Notes: generated from the sequence alone by a model not told the origin. A stretch of DNA of 63,923 nucleotides, filler included, from an uncultured bacterium (GCA_964449065.1; 6 parts of 6 records of this genome joined end to end with filler, not necessarily neighbours in it), one strand, 5' to 3'; shown: positions 50,501 to 61,886, numbered from the whole stretch's first letter. A program made the numbers and translations.

Positions 50501-52771
50501 GACAACATTCAAGATTTCTGCTGGCGCGCCGCTGGAAAGGGATAATGTTACCGCATCGCCATCTGCGTCTGTAACAAATAATTGGGTGGTGAATATTGTC
50601 CCCACAATGATTGAAGCCGGTATTTCAGGGCTAAAGGTAATGACAGGGGCACTGTTCCCCGGTCTCGGTGTGTTGGTAGGCGTTGGCAATGGAGTGGGAG
50701 TTTGCGTGAATGTTGCCGTTGGAGTCGGAGTCGCCGTTGGTTCGTCGTCTGTGGCCTGGGCGATTTCAGTATGGGCGTAGAAACCGGTGGAGTTGCCGCT
50801 CACCAATTCATCCCAAAACAACACAAAAATTTCTTCGCCATTCAACCCGGAGGAGAAGAGAGTCCAAGTGTTGGAGGTTGTGTTGAATTCGTATATGTCT
50901 TGATCGAAAGCCGCAAACACTTTGGTTCCGGTATCGTTGGTTTCTACTGCCGTCAGGTTTTTGCCGGTGGGGCCGCCAAACGCGGTGGTGACATTGGTCA
51001 TAGCGGCAATGTTCAAGCCGGAGGTTGCGTATTCGATTTGATACAAACCGTTGCTAGCTCCGCCGGTAATCGTGGCGTATTGGAATAAGGGATTGACGGG
51101 ATCTTGAGCGAGATCCGACACGATACCGTCGATGGCGGAACCACCGAATGTTAACTGCGTCCAATTCGAACCGCTGTCAACCGAGCCGTATATCCCTTGG
51201 TTGGAAGCATTGGATACATCCTTCTGGTTTCCTACCGCGGCATAAACCAGGGTGGCGCCCACAACTTCCAGCGCGTTGACGTGCACACCGGTTAACGCGG
51301 TTTCGGTCCAGGTCGCACCGCGGTCGTCGCTGCGAACCACAACGCCATCGGTTCCATTTTCCCAGAATCCCAATCCGGCATATACCACATTGCTGGATGC
51401 CGCGCTGTCAATATCGTTGACCGATGAGCGGTCTTTGATCGGTGAGCCGGACCAGGTGAAGGTCTTGGTCCATGTCGAGCCGCCGTCGGTTGAGGTGTAG
51501 ATGTTTTCGGAATTTTCTCCCACGATCATTTCATTGGTAGTTCCCCAAATGAAGGCCGCGGCGGTTAAGGGTGCGCCGCCCGTGCCTTGTGGAAAGACCG
51601 GGAAGGTCCAATCGGCCGGCGTTGGCGGTTTTTGGAACACGCTGGTTAACGCCACCCCGCTTTTGGTGGCAACCAGAGCATAATTTTTGGAACCGGCAAC
51701 CAAGTCGACATCCACATCGTTGACTTGAACGCCCAATAAACCGTTGTTGGCTTCCGTCCATGTTGCCCCGTTATCGAGCGACCGGGCAACGCCGACATCA
51801 CTGGTGGTATATACTTCCGACGCATTGTCCGGATCGAAGGCGATCGCGCCGTCGTTGAGATTGGTGCCGTTCGTGGTTTTCGGGAAGGCGGTCCAGGTTG
51901 CAGTCGATGGATCGTAGGTATGCGCTGTGGTCCAGGTTAAACCGTTGCTGAATTCAATGTATTGCGGAAAGCGGCTTGCAAATGAAGCGGGCGTAATATT
52001 CTTTAATGAGGATGTCAGACCGTCCGTGCTTAAATAAATCGTCGCCTGTGCGGAACTTCCCGCCAAGTAAATATGATCCGTGTTGTTCGGATCGATACCG
52101 ATTTCTTGAATGGGCTGAGTGACAGAACCGGGCAATGTGACTGCCGCCCACGTTGTGCCGCTATCGGTTGATTTAAAGATTTGGTTGGATGCGGAGGCGG
52201 GTTTTACAACGTTTTGCACAACAGCGAAGAGGGTGCTGGCCATACCCGGTACGGATGTGATGGCAACCACCGCGTCATCTTCCGTCGCCGAAGTGATTGC
52301 GTAGCGCGACCAACCGGCGGGATCGCCATCGGTGCTGGAATACACGACCGCGGAGGCCGCACCGATCATCAAGCGATGGCCGTCATGCTGAATCGAGTGA
52401 AACGCTTCTCCCTGATAAACGGATGTAGTCGCGTTTAACACTTCCGTCCAGTTCCGTCCATCATCACCGGCCGACCGCCATATCGTATCGTTTACGATGG
52501 AATAAACAAAAGTGGCGTCGGTCACCACGCCGCGGGTTTCTTGTGCCGTGATGGATTCGATCCAGGTGGCGGCATCCACATCGCTATAATACAAAGCGTT
52601 CGGGCCGCGCAAATCCGCGTACACGCGGTTCGAGCCGCTGGCGATATCAAACGTGGCTAGGGCTTCAACTTGTCCCCCAAATAAGCCCAGGTTTGAACGG
52701 GCGGCCAGATCGGCAAAGGTCTGCGGTGCAATGGCCGCAATTGTACAAATAAGAATGATAAGACGGTTCAT
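47501..52771 (-). CDS. Large secreted multidomain protein: BNR/Asp-box propeller, PT linkers, two fasciclin domains, beta-sandwich, FG-GAP domain
   Basis: S.D.G.TW repeats; two GPFTVFAP(T/S).DAF..ASNG.IH.ID.VL domains; GD.D.DG repeats; GGAGG RBS before ATG 52771. Confidence 0.85.
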   Translation of the reverse strand: MNRLIILICTIAAIAPQTFADLAARSNLGLFGGQVEALATFDIASGSNRVYADLRGPNALYYSDVDAATWIESITAQETRGVVTDATFVYSIVNDTIWRSAGDDGRNWTEVLNATTSVYQGEAFHSIQHDGHRLMIGAASAVVYSSTDGDPAGWSRYAITSATEDDAVVAITSVPGMASTLFAVVQNVVKPASASNQIFKSTDSGTTWAAVTLPGSVTQPIQEIGIDPNNTDHIYLAGSSAQATIYLSTDGLTSSLKNITPASFASRFPQYIEFSNGLTWTTAHTYDPSTATWTAFPKTTNGTNLNDGAIAFDPDNASEVYTTSDVGVARSLDNGATWTEANNGLLGVQVNDVDVDLVAGSKNYALVATKSGVALTSVFQKPPTPADWTFPVFPQGTGGAPLTAAAFIWGTTNEMIVGENSENIYTSTDGGSTWTKTFTWSGSPIKDRSSVNDIDSAASSNVVYAGLGFWENGTDGVVVRSDDRGATWTETALTGVHVNALEVVGATLVYAAVGNQKDVSNASNQGIYGSVDSGSNWTQLTFGGSAIDGIVSDLAQDPVNPLFQYATITGGASNGLYQIEYATSGLNIAAMTNVTTAFGGPTGKNLTAVETNDTGTKVFAAFDQDIYEFNTTSNTWTLFSSGLNGEEIFVLFWDELVSGNSTGFYAHTEIAQATDDEPTATPTPTATFTQTPTPLPTPTNTPRPGNSAPVITFSPEIPASIIVGTIFTTQLFVTDADGDAVTLSLSSGAPAEILNVVQAGGNVSARLEISSATIAQVSFSLFAYDGSDATVRNIAVDAAEPTPTPTETFTPTPTPTPTPVVLADIVDTATSVETFSTLVAAIEAANLVEVLKGEGPFTVFAPTNDAFNALPEGTLESLLLPENQAELANILLYHVLPGQFNSSAVSQLSSAETATTNQQLVTFSQTDTGIQINGANIIDPDIEASNGIIHAIDTVLIPENLPNIVDVATNAGTFTTLVAALQLTALDETLSGTGPFTVFAPSDDAFQALPEGLLEALLLEENLEVLTQILTYHVVADQVISSEVASATELATVNGDPLTVTVGGESIQIDQSNITSVDIDASNGVIHVIDNVLIPSNVDVQPLIPTPTPTPTLTPTPVPGLPLPFTEDFEGLTLGDSVEEEVSATGVWTNTPPDGWSIDNLGVVGADTGLGVDEWIGWSFANKDWWVQTAGDQRRSEFVNGIGTVAIADPDEWDDIDSPGDLGTFNSFLTTPPISLVGVEANTVNLTFDSSWRDEDTQSANITVSYDGTSPVEVLRWSSDPSSPDFHDDFPNETVTVALNNPAGASTMVVNWGMLNATNDWWWAIDNVVIESQVPTPPTPTPTVTPVPGETPGEVPAVDEIVLGQGQGGRNRVQIRNFDPNSPFRLNQVITGFPVVPDPFLNAIGGGRGRTTYFSIGDLDGDSKTDIVFSFGTVLENANFPNIVIPFNMFERRPIGRTFNAFPAGTGDPVRFSGGEIRTAIGDFLADGQNLIATAQGASSERGLVRIWELNTDENRWRPVVQFQPLDNTPANNNANGGVTLAAGDVDNDGLDELLAGQTNSETSLTQFTVIDVDADGNHVRRNFVGFPAGFRGRGGIEVVVADLDGNGTNEIVVTSKSVIEGQPGNLISVIVPVIEGGVVTGFVRPANSVQQLIGDISLNPGGALNVGKGEFDGDSSNGDEIIIGSGAGAPQSFYRILKLTYDPNQGENGAITDLSYLIGPPKNLDFILPAFLNQFNPSSGEVFVDGAAFIDANLQ

Positions 52772-53002
52772 GAGTTGCCTCCAATAATAATAAAAAAATG
52801 TGATTAGTAAAACATAATAACACAAAAATAGAAGAGATGATAGATTAATCTTTATTAAATTTTAATTAAGATTAAAGGGTGAGGTGACAACGTAAGTATC
52901 TGGAAAATTGTCATGTGTTATTGCTCTAATGGATACCCTCTTCATTATCGACAGACTACTAGTCACTCAGCACTGTTTTTAGGATTATTGCGACTTTTAG
53001 AA

Positions 53003-53563
53003 TTATTGCGACTGATTGCACTCTCTGCCCGGAAGGTTGCCGCCGGGAATTCCCTTCCCGCGGATGCTGGCTTTTACGATCCGTCCGTTGCTCATGAGCC
53101 CATTGCTGACATCGTAATCATCCCAAGAGGGGATGCCCGGTCCCTCACCAAAGATGATATACCCCCGTTTGTTGCGAATCCATTCTTCATGCAGACGTGG
53201 ATTGATTCGGGCCACATCGCCTGGGCTGCGCAGGTGCGTGCTGTGATACATCCCCTGATGACTGGTTAGGTGAACTTCCGGGTCGTCAATGGTAAACGGG
53301 TCGGTTAAGGGGCCGCTAATATAATTGAGAATGATGTAAGGGCAGTGTTCTTCTCTACCGTCATAATGGCCGGGTATATCATTGTGATCCATAAAATACA
53401 GGTTTTGGATTTGAATATAAGTACGCAGTTCTGCCTTTGAGTGAGCGACTTTTGCCCGAATTTGCGCCCCCAAAAAATTGGGAACGGCAATCGCCGCGAG
53501 AATGCCGATGATCGCAACCACGATTAATAATTCAATTAAAGTGAATCCGGTTGTTTTGTGCAT
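53003..53563 (-). CDS. Prepilin-type N-terminal cleavage/methylation protein (pseudopilin-like)
   Basis: GFTLIELLIVVAIIGILAAIAVPNF. Confidence 0.9.
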   Translation of the reverse strand: MHKTTGFTLIELLIVVAIIGILAAIAVPNFLGAQIRAKVAHSKAELRTYIQIQNLYFMDHNDIPGHYDGREEHCPYIILNYISGPLTDPFTIDDPEVHLTSHQGMYHSTHLRSPGDVARINPRLHEEWIRNKRGYIIFGEGPGIPSWDDYDVSNGLMSNGRIVKASIRGKGIPGGNLPGRECNQSQ

Positions 53564-53730
53564 GACGGCTCCTTTGTGATTTGATTATTTCTCATACGAG
53601 CGTTTGTTTCGGGCAGCACCGGCTTACCTCCGGCTCGTGAAAAACCGTTTTCAAACAGACCGTATTATTAGCATACGCTTGTAAGAAAAGATAGTATTCA
53701 AGCCGATTGTAAGATTCGTGTTAAAACAAA

Positions 53731-53763
53731 CAAAAAACCGCCCATGAAATTCATGAGCGGTTT
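53731..53763 (-). terminator. Intrinsic terminator
   Basis: AAACCGCCCATGA..TCATGAGCGGTTT stem with A tract. Confidence 0.75.
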
Positions 53764-53787
53764 AGGGATTTGAGTTATCTATTCAAC

Positions 53788-54807
53788 TTAATACAAAGAC
53801 CACCCGCCGACTTTTTGCGGGCCGGGGCCTTGAGAACCGGCAAAGGTCGGTTCACTGTCTGGCAAGGCATCGCCGAAGTCATCGACAGAGGTCGCGCCTA
53901 CTGTGAGCGCCGGTGAACCGGGCTGCAAGCGTAAATCCATTTCTGTCAATTGGTTGCCGAAGCTGGGACGTGCCACATACAAGGGATCCACACCCAAGTC
54001 GGAATCGTCAATGGTTAATTCTCCATTGGTTCCAACTACGGTCATACCGCCATCGTTTGGACTGGGAAACTGGTTTTCGCGGTCGTCCGGCACAGCATCA
54101 AACACAATGGAGTTGCGAATAGCGATGATGCCGTTTTCATTCTCAAAGTTGTCGGAAGACACACCGCTGCCGGTGTAAAAAATACAGTTGTTGAACAGCA
54201 AGTCAGAACCAGCTTCAGCTTCTACTAAGTTTACGGTCGAGCAGAAGAAGTCGCAGTTGTTAAAGCGCATGATGGAGGTTCCACCGCCTTCGGCTTTAAT
54301 TAATTCATCCCCATCGTACCCGAATACACAATTGTTAAACTCAAAATCCAACACCCCGGTGATTTCTATCAATTCGTCAAAGCAGCCGATCATCCAAACA
54401 TTGTTGCAGGTAATCGAGTCGCCGGGCCTGGCTTGCAGAATATGTCCGGTGCAGCGCAATAAGGTGATATCTTCAATCAAAATATCAAATCCGCCCTCAG
54501 CGGTACGCAAGCCATTGGAAAAGTTATACTCAAAATCCAAAATGGTTGCGGTTGCGGGATCAAATCCGTTTCCGGCACCTTTAAAAGTTGTCCCTGCTGG
54601 CAGGGTAATCAATTGAGATTTCGTGCCGGCGGTGGGCAATACGCTATAAAAGCCGGCTTCAAATGTTATGGTGCTTCCTTCTTCGGTCACATTGGCCAAC
54701 ATTTGCGCAACATCATCTCCGGGAGCGATATTGACCGTTTGTTGTGCAAAGGCCGTTTGGCTTATCAATACTACGGTTAACGTGATTCCACATAAAGTTT
54801 TAATCAT
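53788..54807 (-). CDS. Secreted right-handed beta-helix protein
   Basis: Signal peptide AFA-QQ; F.NC.F repeats; RLQPGSPALT; AAGGAG RBS. Confidence 0.8.
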   Translation of the reverse strand: MIKTLCGITLTVVLISQTAFAQQTVNIAPGDDVAQMLANVTEEGSTITFEAGFYSVLPTAGTKSQLITLPAGTTFKGAGNGFDPATATILDFEYNFSNGLRTAEGGFDILIEDITLLRCTGHILQARPGDSITCNNVWMIGCFDELIEITGVLDFEFNNCVFGYDGDELIKAEGGGTSIMRFNNCDFFCSTVNLVEAEAGSDLLFNNCIFYTGSGVSSDNFENENGIIAIRNSIVFDAVPDDRENQFPSPNDGGMTVVGTNGELTIDDSDLGVDPLYVARPSFGNQLTEMDLRLQPGSPALTVGATSVDDFGDALPDSEPTFAGSQGPGPQKVGGWSLY

Positions 54808-54835
54808 AATGTTCTCCTTTCGAACGTAAGTTGGG

Positions 54836-55801
54836 TTATTGTGCTGGTCCTGCGGATCCCGCAAATGTCGGATTGCCGTTTTCATCTATTCCCGCTGTTA
54901 AAGCTGGTGATCCCGGCTGTAGGGTGAAATCCCAATCCAATATCGAAACATCAAAATTTACATTGGTGTACAATGGATTGGCAAAAATGCTGGCATCATC
55001 TAAAAATGTTGCGCCGGAAAGATCAAATACCGAGTCAATCGGCACTCCATCTTCCTCACCCGGGTTATAAAACACAGAATTTTGAATCTCAATAACTGAA
55101 CTGCCGTCAGCCTGAATGTCATTGGCGTTCAGAGCGCGGTCAATAATGCAGTTGCGCACCAAAATTTCGCCTGCTTCTTCCGGTTCAAAAATATCACCGC
55201 CGGAATCACGGATATCACAGTTGATCAATGCCATAAAACTGTTACCAAACGCTTCTATAATGTCGCTTCCCTTGGCAATGACGCAGTTTCTAAACCGGAC
55301 TGCCTGAGAAATATCCTCCAAGGTTGCCCCCAAACCGGCTTCGTTGTTGGTTTGAACAGCACCATCGTTGGCGATGATCCAACAGTTGCGGATTTCTACA
55401 TTGTTGCCGCCATCAACTTCAACCGCATCATCCCAGAAGTTGGTGATGGTGAAGCCGTCAACCGTAACATTATCCGCTTCGATTTCAAACGCGCTTCCTA
55501 AAAAGCCCGCGTTTCCATCGAGAATCGAAGCCGTGTTGGGATCAAATCCCGGCCCCGCGCCTTGAAACGTGATTCCAGCCAAATCCGGACCGACAACCAC
55601 CGCGTCCCCTTGCTGAATATCGTTGGGAAACAACGCGTAAGTTCCAGGCGCAAAGACCACGGTCCCCCCCGCGCCGGCCTGGGCAATGGCCGCCTCTACA
55701 TCATCACCAGGGCTGACATTGACGGTTTGCTGCGCATATGCACTGCTTCCCATCAATATACCTAGAGATACCCAACATGAAAAAGTAAGTCTGTTGAACA
55801 T
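54836..55801 (-). CDS. Secreted right-handed beta-helix protein, tandem paralog
   Basis: AYA-QQTVNVSPGDDV, GAG.GFDP.TA.ILD, LQPGSPALT, PTFAGS.GP shared with neighbour. Confidence 0.8.
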   Translation of the reverse strand: MFNRLTFSCWVSLGILMGSSAYAQQTVNVSPGDDVEAAIAQAGAGGTVVFAPGTYALFPNDIQQGDAVVVGPDLAGITFQGAGPGFDPNTASILDGNAGFLGSAFEIEADNVTVDGFTITNFWDDAVEVDGGNNVEIRNCWIIANDGAVQTNNEAGLGATLEDISQAVRFRNCVIAKGSDIIEAFGNSFMALINCDIRDSGGDIFEPEEAGEILVRNCIIDRALNANDIQADGSSVIEIQNSVFYNPGEEDGVPIDSVFDLSGATFLDDASIFANPLYTNVNFDVSILDWDFTLQPGSPALTAGIDENGNPTFAGSAGPAQ

Positions 55802-56121
55802 AGAAAACCTCCGTATAATTTTTTTTTAATACCATAAATATAGTAATCCAAGAATGTTAACGGATTGTCCAGAACTGATTAGTAAAGTGTTAGAATTCGT
55901 TTTAATATTAAATATTAATAATGAAATAATCATTTAACTATTAAAGACATAAAAATATCGAAGGATTTTTTAATCGCAACTAAAATAAATTCAATTGGTA
56001 AAAGCGGGTTCTTTATACAATTTTAACAATATCCTTATAAAAACTTAAACATTCACTGCCAACCTGTGAAGAAACAATGCCGAATCTGATTCGGCAAAAA
56101 ACTATTTTAAAGGAGTATTTT

Positions 56122-57264
56122 ATGCGTAACGTATCAATTTGGACTGCATCAGCGGCACTTGTGTTGGGAGGCGCTTTGTTTTCCAATGCGCAAACCACAA
56201 CACTCACATTTCAGCAAGGCGTAAACGGGTATTCAGGGACTGCGGACACGTTTTTCCTGACAGGTGATCCTGTGAGAAAAGTGGGAGAGGCGTTTGAATG
56301 GGAATGGGACGGCTCGGATGCCGGTGGTTTTAATGTCGGGGTTTTGCGTTTTGATGACATCATTGGAGATGGGCCTAATCAAATCCCGGCGGGCAGCACA
56401 GTGGTCGAGGCGTTTTTAACGCTGACCATCACCAACTCAGGGAGTGCGGATCAAATCGCAACAGTCCATGAACTGTTAAAACCATTTAATGAAGATTCGG
56501 ATTTCATTGACTTTACCGCAAACTTTGAGCCGTTGCCAGGGGATGATTTTAAAGAAGAAGTGGTGACTGAAATTCCCGGTCCTAGTTCGGGAGACATCAT
56601 CGATGTTGACGTGACCACCAGCTTGCAGAATTGGCTTTCCGGTGAAGATAACTTGGGGTGGATGTTCTTCCCCAGCCCCACTGGAAGTAACGGTGTAGGT
56701 GCTCAGTCTTCAGAAGCGGCTGAACTTCCCATCCCCACATTGGTTGTGGATACACCCGAAGGAACCTTCCAGTTTCGTGATGGAGAAAACGGATACGATG
56801 GAACGGTAGATACCTTCGTCAACACGGCGGAAGGAGCCGCAATAGTCTTTGGTGAAAGCGACGAATTTGAGTGGGACGGCGGCGATATGGGAGGTGCCAA
56901 CTTTGGGCTGCTTCGATTCGATGACATTTTTGGAACCGCTCCCAATCAAATTCCTCCCGGAACAACCATTAACGCAGCGCAAATTATCTTGACCTTGATT
57001 AATCCGGGTAGTATCGGCAGTTTACATGAAATCCTGGAAGGTTCAGATAACGAGCCCACATTCTTTGACAATTCGACAACAACCATGCTTGACTTTGGCG
57101 ATAGTTTTGAACCCCGTCCTGGCGTTGATTACACGGAAGCACCGGTTGTTCCAGAAGTTCCTGGAGACGTTGGATTGGTGGAATTGGATGTAACATCAAC
57201 CATCCAAAACATTTCCAGCGGTGGCGCGGAAAACCGCGGCTGGATTTTTGTGCCGGGTGGCGGT
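56122..57264 (+). CDS. Secreted protein with two DNRLRE/CBM96-like repeats, truncated by contig edge
   Basis: Duplicated NGY.GT.DTF..EWDG..LRFDDI.G..PNQIP.G..DVT..Q..N.GW domain; AAGGAG RBS. Confidence 0.75.
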
Positions 57265-57368
57265 NNNNNNNNNNNNNNNNNNNNNNNNNNNNNNNNNNNN
57301 NNNNNNNNTTAATTAATTAANNNNNNNNNNNNNNNNNNNNNNNNNNNNNNNNNNNNNNNNNNNNACCC

Positions 57369-57394
57369 TGGGAGGGCGAGGCTCCCGCCGAGCC
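57369..57394. repeat. REP-like palindromic unit
   Basis: GGGAGGGCGAGGCTCCCGCCGAGCC at a contig edge; single copy in this window. Confidence 0.45.
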
Positions 57395-57918
57395 AGCGGC
57401 ACGCTTTCCTTCCCAATCACACCAACTTGCAGTATTTTGATATCTATAATTGCCTTATTCTTGTAGGCGCTGCTCTGCTGTGGGGTAACCACAGAGAATG
57501 ACTCCTGCAAACTAAAAGATGGAATCACTCACTTTCTTTTTGCAACCTGTTTTTTATAACCCTCCAGTGTATGAGTACCGATTTCTTGGACACAGAGTTC
57601 GAATCCATCCGATTTTTCCCGTCGGTTTCCATCGCCGAATTCGGCGGAATCCGCAACGCGGCTTCTATTACCCTAAAATTTAGAAGACTTTCCTATATGA
57701 TGAAGAATAACATATAATACACTTCTGTTTTTTAGATGAAAATCGTAAAACGAAATTTCTTGTCGGGTTGAGTATAAGCATAATCACACAGAGCTTCCGT
57801 ATTGAATGGATATGAGATGTATGCATATCAAGCGGATTTGCTCATACCTCTCATACACGTACCATACCCTTCCCACATAAATTTCTATTCGCGGAATCTT
57901 TTTTGTTAGGAGTGAAAC

Positions 57919-60637
57919 GTGGCATCAAAAAAGAAAAAACGAAAATGCAATCTACCGGATGAGGTCAACGCTGAAACGGTAACTCTTCAAATCGAGAGGG
58001 AAAACTCGCAAAAAGCGCTTGACCTCGCAAAACGGTTTCATAAACAATGTCAAGATAAGAAATCCGAGGAATTGTTAGCAAAGGCGTATCAACTTCGGAT
58101 TCAACAACTCGAAGCAGGCGGTTTGGGTGAAGAAGCCTTTCAATTAATTGAAGTAGCAAGTCAAAAGTGTCCCAATTTTCAATCCCTTTTTGAGGGAAAT
58201 GAGTTCGATACCGTTTCCTTTCCATTAAAAGCGCAAGATGTGACACGGCTGCTGTGCGTTTTACAGCAGCATCAATCCTCACAAAAAAAGACCGATCACC
58301 TCTACGGTATATTAAAAAATGGATTGAGCGATGTTCGTCATATTTTACAATGCGGTAAATTAGCGGACGATCATCCACTCAAGCGGGAGGCAGCAATCGT
58401 ATGGGAAGCATTCGAAGCCACTGCCGCAGAATGGCCGGAAGCGGAACGCGAACAGCGTTTGCAGCGTTTGGCCCAAGTTTCAAGACAGTCTGTTTTTGTA
58501 AACTGGTGTTATTTTATCCGGGCGTTGGATGCTTTTCATCGTTTTGACGATGCCAGAGCCTGGTTGTTTTTAGAGCGTGTTTCTGAAGAATCGGCGGTTT
58601 CCAGAGCCGCGCTTTTTTTACAAGAACAATTGGAAGGCAATCAAGTACCAAAAGGGCTTACCTCTAAACCGACACGCATGTTATGGAATGCGTTGACGGA
58701 GGATTCCTTGCGCAATCAATGGATGAAAATATGCAATATGATCAAAAACCGCCAAGGACAAAGATTATACAATACGTTACAACCCTTCTTTAAGTCCCCG
58801 TACTTTTCTTCTCCGGTCATGTTGCGATGGGCATTACAATCGTTTATAGATGAAATGATGTACATCGACTTTTTTAAACCAAAATGTGCGGAATTAGTGG
58901 AACGTGAATTTGAACGAAAGTGGGGGAAGGCTGGAAATAAACTTTTCAGTCTCAGTATATGTTGCGGGTTTGAAAAAAATGAAGAACCGTTTGTAATCGC
59001 GAACGAATTTAAAAACACTGAGCACGAATTTCAGAATCTTTTTACAAAACAAGAACGGTCCATGATACTAGCACGGGCGGCTAAATGGTACGAAATAGAG
59101 GAACAACAAGTCGAATCGCTGCCCTGTTCATTTCTGATCAAGGACGATCCCGAAAAGTACGATAATGCCATCCGTCTATACCAGAAGGCAAATCGTCTGT
59201 GGCCAAAGGTGGAGTATTATCAGAAATTGGTGAATTTGCAGCGCAACTCGAATGGGAATTGGAAAGAGATTGAATCCACATTGCTGCAATGGAAACAATC
59301 ATTCCCGAATGACACCACTCCTTTGATTCAACTTTTTGAATACGCGGAAGAACGCAACACATTGCAAAAAGCTATCCAATATCTGGAACAAGCGGAACAA
59401 ATTGATCATTTGAATCCCAAAGTGCGGGATGCCAGACACCGGCTGGTCTGGAAAAACATCCAAAAGCATTTGAAGCAAAAGAAATGGCATCTGGTCAGGC
59501 GGGACTTAAGCATGGTCAATCTGCTGGATATGAAACCAGACAAACAAACGTTGTTTCAGGGTGTCGTACAGTTCCTGTCTTATTTGGAAGACGATGTAAG
59601 AAAAATGGCGAATGCAGATATTTCGTTGCTTCAAATTCTTTTGCTTCACCATCTCAATTATGCCTCCGAAATGAAACTGGAAAACGAACTGAATCAAGTC
59701 ATTCCATTGCCGAAACTATGCGATGCAGATGGGCTAGGGACCTATTATAACTTTCTGGAACTTTTGAAATCGGTTCATGATACCCCCGCCTTTCCGGAAA
59801 AATGGCTTGCGAATTTCCCAAAATGGATCGAGAAAGCGCCTACGATACCTGATGAACTGCTTCTTCGAATCTGTCAAAGAGAAACCGACCATCATTCCAA
59901 AGCCAATATCATGGCCGCGACAGGACGGGGGTTGCGGGAAGGCGGCCCCAATATCCACAAATTCATGTACTACCGCACCTATTTACTTGTTGTGAACCGG
60001 TGGGATTCCGACGTAGTTCAAATAGAAAACTATTTTGCCGCTCTGCATCTATCCAAGCAAAAACAGGATTCCGAATTTATAAAACGTTGCCAGATGTTTT
60101 TCGGAAACATGTTTCATTCAATGCTGGAATTAGTGGGAGTAGATACCAAAGCAATTAATTTGGAGCAGTATATTGATTTAAATGATAAAGAATTGGAGGA
60201 AATCCTTCGGCGGGAAAAAAAGAGAAAATTTCAACCGGGTATGATTTCCCGTTTCGCCTTGTTTAAAGAAACAAAATCAAAATCAAAAATTGTCGACCGA
60301 ATTATCAACACTCTCCTGATAGATGCCCCCAGCTTGTTTGATGAAGATGACTNNNNNNNNNNNNNNNNNNNNNNNNNNNNNNNNNNNNNNNNNNNNNNNN
60401 NNNNNNNNNNNNNNNNNNNNNNNNNNNNNNNNNNNNNNNNNNNNNNNNNNNNTGGATGAGGATGACTTGGATGAGGATGACTTGGATGAGGATGACTTGG
60501 ATGAGGATGACTTGGATGAGGACGACTTGGATGAGGACGACTTGGATGAGGATAATGTGATACTATTTGAAAAGGTTTTAGAAGAATTGGAAAAAACTGG
60601 AGATAAAAAAAAATTCCAGCAGCAAAAACTCTGGTAA
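57919..60637 (+). CDS. Large helical TPR-like protein with (DEDDL)n acidic tail, spanning an N gap
   Basis: TPR-like KAIQYLEQAEQIDHLNP; 15-bp GATGAGGATGACTTG repeats; the post-gap frame ends QQQKLW*. Confidence 0.75.
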
Positions 60638-60654
60638 AATAAGAGGAAATTGTT

Positions 60655-60987
60655 ATGATGGCGAAATGGAAAGATATGGACCCTTATCAAATATTGAAGA
60701 TTGACGACAACAATGTTTCGGATGAGAGAATCCATCAAGCTTATCTGAAAGCCGTTCAGCAGTACCCTCCCGACAAAAACCCGGATGCGTTTCAACAAAT
60801 TCGGGAGGCGTATGAAATGATCAAAACCCAAGAGGATAGAACCAGAATTTATTTATTTGGAATCGAAACCTCACAATCCTTTTCGGAGGTTCTTCCCGAC
60901 GGGAAAAAACGCATAAGGGCGGGTGTGGGAATGTGGATTTCCATGATTGAATCGGAAGCCAAACGGATGAAAACGAATTCCCAATAA
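60655..60987 (+). CDS. Small J-domain-like protein with non-canonical YPPD instead of HPD
   Basis: DPYQIL..IHQAYLKAVQQYPPDKNPDAFQQIREAYE. Confidence 0.85.
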   Translation: MMAKWKDMDPYQILKIDDNNVSDERIHQAYLKAVQQYPPDKNPDAFQQIREAYEMIKTQEDRTRIYLFGIETSQSFSEVLPDGKKRIRAGVGMWISMIESEAKRMKTNSQ

Positions 60988-61080
60988 CCCCCGATTGCTA
61001 AAAAACCCCGACTCAACAATTGTCTTCTAAAAAGTGGTTAGGGGGATTAACCATTCAAGTGGAAGGAGAGTTTTAAAGAT

Positions 61081-61827
61081 TTGGAACAGTTAAATGAACA
61101 TAAAAACCTAACGGAAATCGTAACGGCGTTCGTGCAAAAACTGCAACAGCGTGAGGAATTGCCGCAAGGAATCGAGGCTTCCAGTCAAGACATAAAACCG
61201 CCGGATTTGCTTTCCCTGTTCTCGGCATTAACCGCCTTGAAGCAAGAAGTCTCGTTGCAAGGGCGAAGTTTTGGCAAACTGGATCAAAATCTGGCGCTTG
61301 TGAATTCTCAATTCGAGAAAATTCAAACCGTGGGTGAACAAGTACAACGATTAAACGAAAACATGCATCAGGTGCGTTCGTCTATTGAATCGGTTTCTTC
61401 CCTGGCATTGTCGAACATGCGGACAGTGGGGAAAGAAGAAGCCCGGAAAGAACTGTTCGACTCATTGATCGATCCGCTGCTGGACACTCATGATCAAATG
61501 AGGCGTTTGGTGGAACAATATAAAAACCGGCTAAACCGGATATCAGGTTGGCACACATGGTTTGGACACCGAACGCTGCTGCAAGACACACTGCACACTC
61601 AAACGATTTGTGAAACCAAACTCCGGCAAAAGTTGGAGTCTTTGGGGGTTGAGGTTACAGCGTTTATTGACAAACCGTTTGATCCCAACAGCATGAAAGC
61701 GGTCGAACTGGAGTACCCAGCAGGAAAGTCTTCCGGTGTGGTGCTTGAAATTTACCGTCAGGGATACCGGTTGGAAGACCATATTCTCCGGTTTGCTGAA
61801 GTGAAAGTGTCGGGAAAAAAAGAATAG
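61081..61827 (+). CDS. grpE: GrpE-like nucleotide exchange factor
   Basis: KPFDPNSMKAV..VLEIYRQGYRLEDHILRFAEVKV; TTG start with GGAG RBS. Confidence 0.85.
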   Translation: MEQLNEHKNLTEIVTAFVQKLQQREELPQGIEASSQDIKPPDLLSLFSALTALKQEVSLQGRSFGKLDQNLALVNSQFEKIQTVGEQVQRLNENMHQVRSSIESVSSLALSNMRTVGKEEARKELFDSLIDPLLDTHDQMRRLVEQYKNRLNRISGWHTWFGHRTLLQDTLHTQTICETKLRQKLESLGVEVTAFIDKPFDPNSMKAVELEYPAGKSSGVVLEIYRQGYRLEDHILRFAEVKVSGKKE

Positions 61828-61886
61828 AAATCCATTCATGACCTACCATTGGGTTTTACAATTTCATAGAAACGGGGGATAAACAA

